Shown in pieces: positions 1 to 47,400 of a stretch of DNA of 64,000 nucleotides (the first letter of the stretch is position 1; every line of letters starts with the position of its first letter). Location: the NCBI GenBank assembly GCA_964234715.1, contig OZ174288.1; one strand, given 5' to 3'. Origin of the DNA: Podarcis melisellensis. Its lineage: Eukaryota. The notes beneath the pieces were generated by a model. That model was not told where the DNA came from. It searched no databases and worked only from the letters and a program-made list of their open reading frames with translations. A program made the position numbers and the translations under genes.

Positions 1-1147
1 TTTGTTGTCAAGATCAAAAGCAGCATGTTGAATTGACCAAGATGCAAACTGTTAGCCGGTGAACTTCTTGCAGGACTGGCATTGTCTTCCATACTTGTAG
101 ATTCTCGCAATCGGTTGGGTTTTTTGCCATTCTGAGCTGCCATAAGGCACGCTGCCCCCCCTCCCCCTGTGCATTACAGCAGTTAAGCTGAGATGCTGTG
201 GAAGGTGTGGCAGTGACAGGCTTCCGTCTGCCAAGGAGAGAATGCCGTTGGTGCACCAGCCAAAACCGTGAGAATTCTATCTAGGTCTCCAGGGGGGCGG
301 CAGCCCCAGAGAGAGCATGGCCAAAATGAAGACGTCTCCCTTCAGAGGGCAGCATGAGCAGAAGCAGCTCACTAGCTCAAACTCTGACCATCCCTTCTTA
401 CATGGATGGACCTGGTTTAGCATAAACCCCATTACTGTCTTCATTCGGGAAACCCATCACTGAGGAAAAGGAGAATTAAATAGGTGCCATCAACATCCAG
501 AGACTTCCCCCAGCAGTTTCATGTAGGGGTTCAGCAGTGCAGGAGACAAGACTAAACTCTGCAGCACCCCAGAGGTTACTTTCCTTGGAGGGGAGCAACT
601 GTCTTCTCTCACATCCTTCCGGAACCACACACACACACACACACACCCCAGCTAGTAAGCCCAGGGCTGCTGTAAAACAGCGGCCCTGCTCCACACCAGG
701 CAGGTAAGGAGGACACCCTGGTTGGTGGCCTCGGAAGACAGTTACAATCCCAAAGCTCACTTGGAGTCCCGTTGTAGGGCTGTTTGTGGATGAAAGAGAG
801 ATTCATTCATTTCAGTTGGCATATGCGTCTGTTGCGCCATCTTGGAAGAGGCATTAGAGTGAAAGGGGAAGGCCTGTTCTCAGATGGGGCCTGTCAGCTC
901 TCGTTTTGATAGGCTCTGATCTTAAAAATAGGGTTTGTTTTTTAAAACAAACAAACAAACAAACAAACTTGATGCCTAATTAACTAGGGTGGCTTTCTAT
1001 TTAATTGAGGTTTTAATCTACACATTATTTGAGGTTTGCAGCCCTATCAGTTTGACTTCTAGCATTTTGATTTGTCTGCTAAGTGAGGATTGTGCTGAAT
1101 GAAGCCGCGAAGGAAGAACTGACCGTGCTGCTTTTGTCCTCTTGCAG

Positions 1148-35153
<34,006 letters not shown>

Positions 35154-36445
35154 CGGCCATCCTCCCAGGCCTGGACCTTCTGCTCCCGAAACACGGACCT
35201 CTCCGCTCTCGAGGGCAACCGGGACGGGGCTGGTCTGTCCTGGACCCACCGGAGGATGAATTGCTGTTAAAAAACAAACAAAGAATATATAAATATATAT
35301 ATTTTTTGTTAAAGCCAGCCAGGTGTGGTTAAAATATCTGGTCTCTCTTTGTTGTTCTTGTTGTGGGAGGGTTTTTTGTTTGTTTTTTTAGTTGTTAACT
35401 GTTTGTTGACTTTGCTTTTTTAAAGGGGGAGAACAAGTCCATTATAGTCATATTTTTATTTGTACTTTCAAGACTAAGCATTTGTGTTTTAACAGAGAAG
35501 AACAATAATCTTCAGAAACGGATTCCTCAAATAATGCCACATTCTAATGTATCCTGCTCACTTTCTGGCATTTGGCAGAAAGGGTTTTTTAAAATTCTAT
35601 ACTGAACTCTGCAGGTATTTGAAGTATTATCGCCCCTGGAAAAGATGAGAACGGACTCTCGTGCTCGCACACACACACAGACATGCCTGTGTTGCAATGT
35701 ATAAATCGTTGCTTTGTTTCTCGGATAAAAACTGGTTTTAGATTTACAAAGAAATGAAATAAAATAGGGATGATCACTTCTTAGGCCATGCTAATTTTAA
35801 TACAGAAGAAGCATATTCTTTTCTTTAATTCATTGATGTGAAACTTGAAATGAGGAAAAGCAATTATAGTGTAAATCATGCAAGTTCTAGAATTACTATA
35901 AATATGAAAAATGCAAGAAGATTCAATCACTGTATAGAATGGGAGGGGGGAACAAAACTCATTTCTTACTTCTATAGCATATTGTTAAATAAACTGCAAC
36001 AGACAAAAGGGTGGTCCTTCTCGAATTCATGTACATGGTATTAACTTAGTGTTTGGATTTTTTGTTATGGAAAATGCTGTTTTCAACATTGTATTTGGAC
36101 TATGCATGTCTTTTTCCATTGTATATAAAGTATTGCTTAAAAGTGATATAAATTACTGAAGTTTTTAACATGTATTCTGTTCTTCAAAACCCATGTAAGA
36201 ATGTTTAAGGTTTTTATTTATTTATATATATATTTTGGATCATGTTCTTTGTAAGACATGGCTAATTATTCACTCATCACATAGACCCAGCCAGCGGTAC
36301 CTTGCAAACAGCATATCTGGTCTACAGAGCCCATCTGTGTGTGCCTACCAAAGGGACAGAGAAGGGCAGCCATAGGTTTCACAGTGGTTTAGTATCTGGA
36401 GATGTTCATTCGTAAGTGTTAAGTGGAATAAAAAAATTATCTTTG
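35154..36445 (+). other. CREBBP: CREBBP 3'UTR (AU-rich) with candidate poly(A) signals
   Basis: AT-rich, repeat-free stretch after the stop codon; AATAAA at 35988-35993 and 36427-36432; exact end unknown. Confidence 0.6.
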
Positions 36446-38005
36446 CTTTTTCTAAAAATCAAAAACATTAATTTTGACACGAGACCACCAATTGGGAGTT
36501 AAACATTAATTTTAGGATCCAGGAAATTCACCCAATACAAATTCCTGATTTGAAAGCCAAGGGCAAAATTCAGGGCTTTCTGTGCAGCAACTGATGCCGG
36601 CAGCCCTCTTCCGCCTCCTCTTCCATGTTGGACAAGCCAGTGTATCACTTGGGAGGCGGCCTCTTGCCTCATCTGTAGAATCCAATTTTTTTGACCAGGA
36701 AATGGTTATAAACAAGTTGCCTTTTCCGTGTGTTGAACATCTGACTTGCTTGGTTTTGAACGTGAAATACGTGCTTCCTTCTATCTTTGTGTTGGAATAG
36801 GAACCCAAACACACAAGTCTTTCCCAATGCTAACTGCAGTCGTGTCGTCTCTGATTTTCTAAACTGGACATCTGCACACCAGACAGCTGGCGCTTTGGGT
36901 TCCTCTCCCTTGTAAGAATCTTCTCCAGCAAGCAAGATGTCCAGTCTGAGCTGTGGTCGGTGGGTACAACCCAAGACATGTTTAAAAGGATGGAAAGCCC
37001 TAATGCTGTGTCATATTGTATACGTAAAAAGAAAAGCAAAAACCTATATTTGTGATCAAAAAGGAAGAAACTTGAAATGTGCTGGTGTTTCTAATAAAGC
37101 TGGTAAAAAATGCTTCAAGGGTGGTTCCAAGTGGCTCACGGCCCTATTGGGCCAAGTGGAAATTTGCAGGAAACTCCCTCTTCCGACAGCTATTTCTGCC
37201 CGGCTTCTGATGTTGAAGCGGGAAAGATAGAAAGCAGCAGCCACCTATTGCATGCAAGCTACCATTTCCCTCTAAGTAGCACATCTCCAGCCTTTGTAGA
37301 TGGAAGCAGCCAAAGGATGGACCATCACAAAGTTTTAGTCCTATGGAGTTTTTAGTTACTTTTTGGGGTTGCGGCTACAGACACCCAAGCGCATTTGATG
37401 CGAGTCAGACCTCTTGCATGCATGGGGGCATGTTTCTTCCTAAAAAGGTTTGCAGTGCTAGTGTGAAAAAGAAAGGGTAGATTCCTCATCAACTCCCATG
37501 CCCCCCCCCCAAAAAAAACCTCATACTTACTGGTTAAAAGGCTGCTTGTGTGTTCTATATAGAATCCCTGCTAGAGCTAGTTAAAAGTCCAAGAAGAAGT
37601 GGCAAATTGCAGTGCTCTTGGCTAGAGAGACGTCACAGCTTTACAATAAACTTGCACTGCTAGCTAGTCCTGTGAAGGGCATCTTAGACAGCCCACCAGA
37701 GTTCTTAAGGACAAGTGATTCTTGGAAGAGGCAGCCAGTTTTATGCTAGAAAGAGTACAAGGCCAAAATGGCAATCCATTCGATTCTGAGCTTCCCGCTC
37801 ACTTCTCTCTGGGAGAAAAAGGGCCTGTTGCAGAAGCACAGCCACCGGGAACAACGGCATGGGCATCATTTAAAAACAAATCCAGGCTCCAGTACAGACT
37901 AAATGGCAGGAACAATATAAAGCCTCTCTCCTGCTCTAGAGTAAGCTTAAGACCGCCAACCCGTTTTTGTGCACAGTACAAAACACTTCCTCAACTCTAT
38001 CCTTA

Positions 38006-38233
38006 TAGAGTCAAACCTTGGTTCTCAAATGGCTCCGTTATCGAACGTTTCGGCTCCCGAACGCTGAAAACCCAGGAGTAAATGCTCCCATTTTCAAATG
38101 TTTTTCAGAACCCAAACATCTGACGTGGCTTCCGTTTTGAGTTTCCCTATTGAATTGAGGCTTCCACTTTCAGTTTTTGAATGTTTCAGAAGTCTTCTGG
38201 AACAGATTATGTTCGAAACCTGAGGTTCTACTG
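38006..38233. mobile_element. Tigger-like MITE between the CREBBP and SLX4 3' ends
   Basis: Degenerate TIR AGTCAAACCTTGGTT / AACCTGAGGTTCTACTG|TA. Confidence 0.55.
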
Positions 38234-38435
38234 TATATGAGCAGCTAGAAATGCAAGCCCCAATTCTCCCCCCTTGGGACTAGCCCCTAGCACCAGACCA
38301 CCTTCCAAAAGATGTGGGTTGCACAGCACTTGCTAGAGCTGACGGCAGTTGTCCAGACAACGGAGAAAGCAGCAAGTTGGGGGCAGCCTGAGGAAACCTC
38401 TCGCTCTTCATCCCCATCGCTTTTAGTGAAACATT

Positions 38436-38441
38436 TTTATT
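38436..38441 (-). terminator. Candidate SLX4 poly(A) signal AATAAA
   Basis: TTTATT on the + strand, about 440 nt past the stop codon. Confidence 0.55.
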
Positions 38442-38878
38442 ACACAGGCATGTTACACCCACATGTTTAATGGTTGGCATAGATCAACGGGTACAGAGGG
38501 ATGCTCAAGATGAGCCACATCTAACAACCCATAATCTTGGCCAGCGAACACAGGCTGAGACGCGGCGGCGGCAGCTGCACCTGCAATGAGGAGGCCCTGA
38601 AGCAACTGCAGTGTGTTTCAGCGTCTCTCTTCGCTCCCCCTCAAGCCGCTCCAGGGACCTGCTCTGTACAGATTTGAACTGACGGCCACCAAAGAAGCTG
38701 TTTTCCCCCATGGAGGAGCACAGTTCAGTCCGAGTGCATCATCTAAGCAGAAGGCTTAGTCATGTCTTTGCCACAGCTCTTCCAGTCAAAGAAAAATCAC
38801 ACACGCACAGAAGTGATTAAGAGGCAGCTGAGTGGGCAAAGCACCGGCGGTTCCACCATCAAGGCCCATAGAAACTCC

Positions 38879-39200
38879 TCAGAACCGCCGTCTCCGCTTT
38901 TTGGAGTGCCGTTGCTTCTCCCTCCGGGCTTCTGCAGTCGTGAAGGTAATGCAGTGTGCGTCGAGGAAGTCCATCAGCTTGCCCATCGCAATCTTGATGC
39001 CGCTTTCCTTCAGTTCTGCCTGCAGCCCAGCCAACTCAATGGGCTGGTACAGGAGGATTTGGCGGCAAAGAGCTGGCTTGGAGGTGAGGTGGCGCCGCAA
39101 GGCTTCTACTTTGTGTGCCTCGCGGGCTGCAGCCTGAGAAGCCGGGACGGGCTCCTCCTCTTCCTCCTCGACCAGCGAGCCAAACTCCATTGAAGAAGAG
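38879..39200 (-). CDS. SLX4: SLX4 last exon, SLX1-binding domain
   Basis: PALCRQILLYQPIELAGLQAELK...LMDFLDAHCITFTT...KKRRRRF stop. Confidence 0.96.
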
Positions 39201-42200
39201 CTGAGAGAGAGAGAGAGAGAGTCAGAAGCTCCTCCCTTCACTGGCCCTTTGCGAGGAGTCAGGGACACACCACTGCTCTGGCCAGAGGATCAGGTGCCAC
39301 ACAAGGAGAAAACATAGGAGGCAGATTGTTGGCAATTTAGCAGACTGGGAAGCAGGTTTCAAGCTATTTACTCATTTCATAAAATGTATACATCACTAGA
39401 CTGTAAACCACTTTGAGGTTTAAAGTTTTTTTTAACAGACTAAAACAATAAAATGACCACTAAACAGTAAACAAAACAATAACATTACCAGTAAAACATT
39501 CAATAAACTAAAACCAAATTTAAACACACACCCATCTAAAGGGGAACGTTTTTAGCAGGTGCCAAAAAGAGGACTGTGAAGGCGCTTGCCTTGTGTCCAG
39601 TGGCAGGGAGTTCCAGTGTAGGTGGAGCCACGCTAAAGGATTGGAGTTCTTAAGAAGACAGAATTAGATGCAAGGGACTGAATGTGGGGCCTTCTGCATG
39701 CAAAGAAGGTGTTCTGCCCTGCCCTTCCCAAACCCTGTTGCAGCAAAAGTAACGGCCTGCCTGGGCACCATTGGAAAACCACTCCAGCCTGGCTCTGGGC
39801 ACACAAATCCACTTCCTAAGTCTCTGCTCTTGCTATGTTTCTAAAGAAGCCCTGACTCCACCTGGGACAGTGATGTTTGACAGGCCATGGGCCAAGGCTG
39901 CTGTGAAAACTCAAAAGAGGGCAGAAGAGCAGCTGGATGGGACGGGAGGGGGTCTGGTTTCAGCTCCTGAGCTCCTGATTATGTGGAGACAGAAGGACAG
40001 GACCCAGTTTCAAGGGGTGAGAAAGGCTGGGTTTGGGTTTTGGCAGCCTGGCCATTGTCTAGGCAGCTGTGTTCAGCGGCCTTTTCTGGCCAGAGGGAAC
40101 CAGCAGGAAGGAGCATGCCACCCCCAGCCAGCCTCCTACCTCTGGGATGCTACGGACACATCACTGCCAGTCCCTGATGACGCAGTCGATTCCTGGGAGG
40201 CCGTGGGCGCCGAGTCCTTGGTGCTTCCTCCAGGGGGAAATCCTGTTGGAAGCGAGGCTGTCCCCTGCAGCCGCCCTGAAGCGGGGGGCTCAAACACCTG
40301 CCCAAGCCCCTCGCGGCCTCCTCCAGAAGGATCCCTGAAGCCCCCGACAGCCTGACTTCCCCCAGCGCCCTGGCAAGGCTCAGCAGATCCGGGCAGCCGC
40401 TTGCCAACGGGACTGGAGGCGCCAGGCAGCCTCGGCTTCCTCGGGACCGGCTGGGCTGGGCTGTGGGGCAAGGCCAGCTGGGAGGCCACAGCTGCCTGTT
40501 CCTGGGGGTTGGCTCTGGCCCCGTGGTGAGTGTACTGAAAGATCTCCTTCAGCTTCAAGATCATCTTCCGCTTTGGGAGAGCACGGACTCCAAACCTGAG
40601 AAGAAACAAGAGACAGGCGGTCACAGGGGCAAACGCCGCAGCCTTTCTCTCCCTGCCGGAGGAGCCTGCCCCCTGCCCCCCCGCAGCACCCACCTGTGCA
40701 GCTCCTTCTTCAGCTTTGGGGTCTCCATGATGGAGTAAGATGGCATTGGGGTGGGCGGAGCTGCCTTCGGCGTCTCGCTCCCGGCCTCAGAGGCAAGATC
40801 TGGAAGAGAGCAAGGTGGGCGCAGCCCTCAGGAGGTGTAGCTGGGATGCCCGGCGAGGGGAAGGTGGCCAGCAGGGCCAAAGGGGCTTTGCCAGGGGGTG
40901 GCGGTCTGGGCACCAAGCAGCCAGAGAGCCAATGCCACACAGCACAAGCCCAGAGCCCCATGCCAAGTGCTCCCCACCTTCTGCTCCCCCCCGGGCCCAG
41001 AGCGGCCACTTACCAGGCGTTCTCTGGGTCAGAGGAAAGACCTCGCTGCTATCGGAGTCTTCTCCTGTCGAAGCACCCCTCTCTCCGAAGTGGGGGGCAG
41101 CTGCTGCCCCAGCCGTGGGACTCCTAGCTGACGGAGTCCCCAGTGGGGTTGGGGCATTTGCTGTCAGAAAAAGAAGGCTGTCCCCTTCCTCCGAGCGACA
41201 CAGGGAGTCCTCCCCAGGCACAAGGGGGCTGCTCTGGGGCCAAGGGGCTGCTGAATCGAGCTCCTCTTTGCTGTCGCCCACAAGCACCACGGGGCTGCTG
41301 GCAGGCTTCTTCCGGACAGGCGGGGGTTCCAGCAGAGGCAGCCTGGTAGCGGAGCTGCAGGTGGGTGGGCTCTCTCCAGCCCCTTTAGACCAATGCTCCT
41401 CAGTCCCGGGGGCCAAGGTGGAGCTGCACCCACCCAGCAGAGGAGTGTCTGGCACTCTCCAACTGGAGGCCTCTTCCCAGCTCTCTTCCCCATTGCTGGC
41501 CAGCCTCAGAAGCAGAGGACTTCCTCCACCAGCGTCCCAAAGCTCCCCAGGACCCACCTCACGGGCGGGTGGAAGAGATAGCCTCTGCCCACTGGAAACA
41601 TCTGCCCCCCCTTGGCTCGACTGACACTGCGAAGCCCCTGTGCGTGGCTCAGAGAGGGCTGCTCCGGCAAGCTCTGCCTCTTCATCAGAATCCAAGAGCA
41701 CAATGGGGCTGCCCTCCGAGGTCCCACGGCTGCCTGGGCGGCAGCCAGGACCTGGGGACTTGTTCCGCGCAGGCCGCTCCAACTCGCTGTTCGGAGGGGG
41801 AGAGAACAGGCCCTGAGTGCTCAGAGAGAGGAGTGCCAAGGGGCTGGTGGGTGATGCCGGCCTCTGTTTGGGAGAGGAGGATCCCAGGGGCAAGAGGTCC
41901 CTTGGTGGCCCCTGGAGGAGGCCGGGAAATCCCTGAGACGCAGGGCCTGAGCTGGCTGCACTGCCCCTCTGCTCCTTGGCACAACGGCTCTGCTGCGAGA
42001 GCCCAGAGCGGTCACCCAGGGAGGCAGGAAACAGGATTGCCGAGTGCTCGTGCTGCTCTGAATTCTCCTCCTCCATCTGGGGCACTCTTCTGGGGGCAGC
42101 TCTGAGGGGGGGCCCTGGGCCACTGGCGGCAGCAGCAGCTGGCAACTGGGACTGTTCCAGGCAGAGGCTTCCTGTCCACACTGCCGTGGCTGCCCTGCCC

Positions 42201-43509
42201 TCTGCAGGCTCCCGTGGCACCTTCCTGGGGCCAGCGGCTCCACTGCAGACAACAGGCCCATCGTGGGCAGCTCTGCGCTGGGTGGCAGTAAACTCGTAGA
42301 TCTGCTCCAGCTCCTGCTCGCCCACTTCCTCGCTGTCGGCTTCCTCCAGCTGTCCGCCCTGCAGGAAGGCTTCTTCCTCTTCCTCCAGCCACATGGACTT
42401 CAGGAGCCCCTCAAAGGTCTTGGCTCTGTCCTCTCCTGCCTCCTCTTCAGCTCCAGGAGCCCCCAGGCCAGGCTGGCAGCCAAGGCAGATGCCAGCCAGT
42501 TCCGTCACTCCAAACCTGAAACAAAAGACGTGCGTGCAAATGCACTTCCAAGAGAGGGGGGAAAGTGTCTCCATCAGGCGTCAAAGTGGAAGTCAGCCTG
42601 GGGGAGCAGGGAGCAGGGCCCAATCCAGCTGCAACAAGGAAAACACCAGGAAGAAGCAGCCCACCAACCTCCTGGCCAAAGCAGCCACTTCCGACAACAC
42701 ATGGCGAGGGACGGAGATGTCAGCCGTGTAAAGGTAGCTCAGGAACACACCCAGGGCCTCCTTCGACACATCGCTCAGCAGCACCCGGCGGGTCCCTGCG
42801 CCCCCTTCTTCAGCCACAAGGAAACCTTCGCAGCCAGCCTGGCAAGAGACGGAGGACTCTGGAGCAGCCAGCAGACTGGGGCACCTGCTTTGAGCATCAT
42901 TCCCTCTTGCCAAAGTGCCCCTAAGCAGCCTGGCTGCAGGCCTGGAGGGAGAGCTTGCTCCTCCTCCTTGGACAAAAGGCAAGCTCCAATCCCTCCCCCT
43001 CCCTCTCGCCCTTTTTGGCACCCGCCTCCCTTGGTCCTCCCTGCCTCCTCTCACCCCACACGCCCTCCTGCACAAGGAGCTCTTGCCTGCAACAGCGCAT
43101 GGCTGCTGGGTTCTCTGCGGAGGAGACCCTCCTCTCCCGTGGCTCCTGCGTTGGAGCGGCAAGACGCAAAGGCTGCAGCGGATTCCATCGCCCTCCCCCA
43201 GGCAGGCAACACGGCTGGGCTTCCTCCTCAAATCTCAGCCAACATGAAGAGAAAACGGCAAGGGCAAAGTCTCGCTCCTTGCCTGATACCCCCAGACCCA
43301 GAACCCAGGCCAGGAACAAGGAGACCCCTCGGGGTGATGTGCCCCCCAGCCGCTCCTCCTTACCATTTCCATCAGCTGTGGGCACCGTGCATAAAGCACA
43401 AACAGGTGCGCGTAGAGGAGCTCCCCAGTGTCCACCTGAAACTGGACGTCACTCAGGTGAGGGTTGTTCACCATCCCTCTGAAGGCATCAGCCAAGGAGC
43501 CCAGCGGGA

Positions 43510-43565
<56 letters not shown>

Positions 43566-44359
43566 GCCACACTCCACCTCCTGCTCCAGCTCCTTCCTGG
43601 AAAGCAGCAGGGGCCAAATGGACTTTGAGGAAGGAGCGCAGTGGGGCTCAAACCCCCCTCACCCCCCACATGCAGAGGCACCCAGCTGTCCCTTGCACAT
43701 CCACAAGGGGCTCAGGGGGGGCTTCCTCCCAGGGGGTTTTGGGATCCTCTGCTTCCCAGCTAACAGAGTGTCCCCCCTTCCAACCAAACATGGGGGTCTA
43801 ACCTTACCATTTGAGGACAGCTCCTTTGGGGCAGCTGCTTCTCCAGTGGTTGGAGAAAACTGCTCTGCAGAACGTCGCCAGAAAGCCAACCTTGACCTGG
43901 AGCAAAGGGAGAAAAACACAGGTTCACAATAAGTAACCTGACGACCAGCTCTGGGTCCAGGCAGGTCTTTGCCCACGTCTGCAGCCCAGACTCCTCTTTG
44001 CAGGCTCAGTTCTGCACCTGCCGGCCCCTTTTCCCCAAGGAAGTCTGCTCACCCGGCCCCTCCTGCTGCCACTGGGTGAGGGTCAGCCCTTCTCCCGCCA
44101 GCTCCACCAGGTCTTGCAGCGCCTCTGCATCGCCCGGTCGGCCAGGCGGCCTCTCCCTCGAATCGCCAGAGGCACTGCCTGGCAGAAGCACAGCACCAGC
44201 CGGCCCCTGCTCCCTCTCGGCCGGTCCGATGGGCCCTGAGGATGGCAAAGCCATGCCCAGCACGGCTCCCTGGAAAGGAAGGTTTGGGTGCAGACATGAA
44301 GTTTAGCCTCAGCACGCCAGGCGCCAGCCCAAATGGCAACACCCACCATCTCTCAACCC

Positions 44360-44404
<45 letters not shown>

Positions 44405-47400
44405 CACATGCAGTGGACGCTCGGGTTGCAAATGCGTTCAAGGCGGGATGCACATTCACAACCCGCAGTGGCGCATCTGTGCACACGCACGGGTTGCGAT
44501 TCAGCGCGCATGCGCAAAGCACGATTTAGTGCTTCTGCGCATGCGTGACTGCCAAAACCTGGAAGTATCCCGTTCCAGTACTTCTGGGTTTCAGAGGTCC
44601 ATAAACCGAAAAAAAAACAACCTGAAGCATCTGTAACCCGAGGTATGACTGTGTTTTGTGTGTGTGTGTGTACACACACACTCACACACATATATACATT
44701 CACACACACACACACTCTTTTTATTAAATTTCCTGTTTTACAATTTAAAGTACTCATTTTTACATTCTTAAGATATCACTGACTTCCCTTCTTCTCTTTC
44801 CATGGTTCATTTTACATATCACAAATCCCTGCATATTTTACAGAAACTATACCATTCAGTATTTCATTATCACAACCATAACTTATTTACACTGTTGAAT
44901 TTATCTCAATGTTGCCAGTGTTTTCAGCTGTACACAGTTATTTCCCCATATATTCAATAAGTGTTTTCCAATCTCTTTAAACACATGTTCTTCTTGTTCT
45001 CTTATTCTATGTGTTGAGTCTGCAAGCTGCGCATATTCCACCAGTTTAAGTTGCCCTTCTCCTTTAGCTGGGACCTCGCTCCTTTTCCATTTCTGGACGG
45101 CATCTCTCAACCCGTCCAGTCTTCTAGGTGTCTGATCTCAGGCCGAGGAGCGGCTTCTTCCTATCTGCCTGTGGGCAGCCAGCCCCAGAGCACCCAGGGG
45201 AAGAGCGAGGCTGGCCCCGAACCGAGGGGGCCATCTCATGTCCAAAACACCCCACCCACCCACCCACCTCCCCTCCCCCTTCTGCCTGGAAACCAGAGCC
45301 AGCAGAGGAGGGGGCAGGGGGCCACCTGCTTCTCCCCACCCTTAGGGCAGAGCATCCTGGGCCTGCTGAGACCCCCTCCATCATCCAAGCCCGCCCCCCT
45401 CACGCCCCAGAGGCAGCAGCAGGAAGAGACTGGGAACCAGGAGAACAGTCAGAAGGAAAGAGAAACAAAATGAAGCACTCCTGTTATACAAAAATCTCCA
45501 AATGGGTCCATATTTCAATGTCTAAAACTCCTGGTAGAGGACAAGGATCTAGAGATTATGCTAAGGGTGGCCAAATTCTGTGCAACTGCCATAAAGCTTG
45601 GGGAGCAAGCTGTATTACCAAAATGATTAAGGTTTTAAATGATAATTTTAGGTTATATTTTACTGACCAAGATTTAATATATATTTTTAACTGCCGCTGT
45701 ATCTGAATTGTCTCTGTTATACCCAGTTGCAATTCAATGTATCCCTGATTTTGCTGATATTGTAAGTGACCCGGAACTGGTCTGTGACCGTAATAATAAA
45801 ATTCTATTCTATTCTAGAATTAAGCAAAGTTGGAGGCCCCGGAGAATGATAGACACAGATCGGAGCATGTTGAAGCCACCAGTGGCACTTCTGGGAAGCT
45901 CCTTGGCTGGGCCAGGGTGCCAGAACCCAGGAGTCCTGGGCTCCGTTGCTCCCTGGCTAGACGGGAATCCTGTGACTCTCCCCTCCTCCTCTTGAAAGAG
46001 CTGCTGTGCACAAACTGCCCTGGGCTCAGTGGCGCTGTTCCGGGGGGGGGGGGGTGGAGAGGCCCTTGCTCTGGGCTCTGCAGGGAGAGCAGCCCCAGGA
46101 TCAACTGCCCAGAAGGAGATCCCGTTTCAAAAGGGCTCTCCAGGACTGGATCCCGAGCAGGCAGTCCCAGGAACGCTAATGTGCGGATGAGACCCCCTGC
46201 ACCTTGCCAGCCTGATTACTTGAGCACCTAATAAGCAGGCAGGAGTTGGAGCCCCCCCCCCCCCGGACACAGACACCCACCTCCTCGGGCGTCTGCAACA
46301 AAACAGAGCGGGCGAAGTCCGTGGCCTGAAAGCTGCCCGGGGGACACAGTCTTGCCAAGGAGCTGGCTTCCCACAAAGAGCCGTGGGCCCCCCCTGCTCC
46401 CCGGAACAGCTCAGCACCCATGAGGCGGCTGGGGGGGAGCTGGGGGGTGCTGGGGAACTCCTCCTCCGCTTCGGAGAGCAGCTGCGCCACACGAGCCTCC
46501 ATCCGCCGGCGGGCCTCCTGGGGGTCCTGGGGCAGCAGCAGAGGCAGAGGCAGACCCACCTTCGCTCGGTTCTTCTTCTCTAGGAAGCAACACACAGGGA
46601 ACGTGGCTGAGAGCCGCCAGCCTCCCCACGGAGGAAGCCCCTGCCTGCCCCACAGCAAATGCCGCCCAGGCCTCCCAAGGGCAAGGAGGAGAAGCAGGGG
46701 GAGGAAGCAGCCCAGGTGCAGCAGGGCCACAGCCGTTCCCCGCATCGCCCTCTGGGAACGAGGGCATTTCGTCTGAGAAGCTTCTGTTGAAGGATCCTGG
46801 CAGGAGAGGGTCAGAGAGGTGGAAGGGACCCCAGGGGTCATCCAGACAGACTAACCCCGCACCCAAGAGCTGCAGAAGCCCACTCCCCCCCCCCCCATCA
46901 GCTTCCTGGCACAGCAGACCAAAAGCAGCCCATCTCAGCGCTGGGCTCTCCCTGGCGTCTCAACAGGATAAGATGCACCAAGGAAAAGGTTCTCCAGAGA
47001 GCTGCAGAATAAGCACATTTCCAGAGGACGCAGAAGGAACCCGCGAGTTGCCTTGAGCCCAGAAGCCAGAGGCAGCCACCAGAGACCTCCCCCGGGGGCC
47101 GGTCCCCTTCCGCCAGGCCCCGCCTGGAGCTCACCTGCTTTCCGGGGCTTCCTGCTTTGCAGAGCGGTGTCCTGCCTGCTCCCGGCCAGCCGTTTGGTCT
47201 TCCCCTCCTCCTCCTCCAAGAGGGAGCGGGACATGGCCATGGCAACCAGCAGATCCTCCGTCGCTCCATCCACCTCGGCCACCGCCTTGCGCTTCTTCGG
47301 CAAGCGTTGTGCGGAAGAGGCACCTTTTCGCTTGGAGCCGCTGGACAGGGCAGGAGAGGTCAGTTAACCCAGCTCAGGAGCTGCAGTGGGCAACAGCTGC

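Noticed and set aside
42263-43801. 512-aa plus-strand ORF with an ERERER repeat
   Set aside because: Antisense to SLX4 exons and introns; the ER run is the (GA)n microsatellite
45820-46104. Extra SLX4 exon beginning SPEQGPLH
   Set aside because: Acceptor-like site but no convincing donor or homology; the neighbouring exons already join in phase
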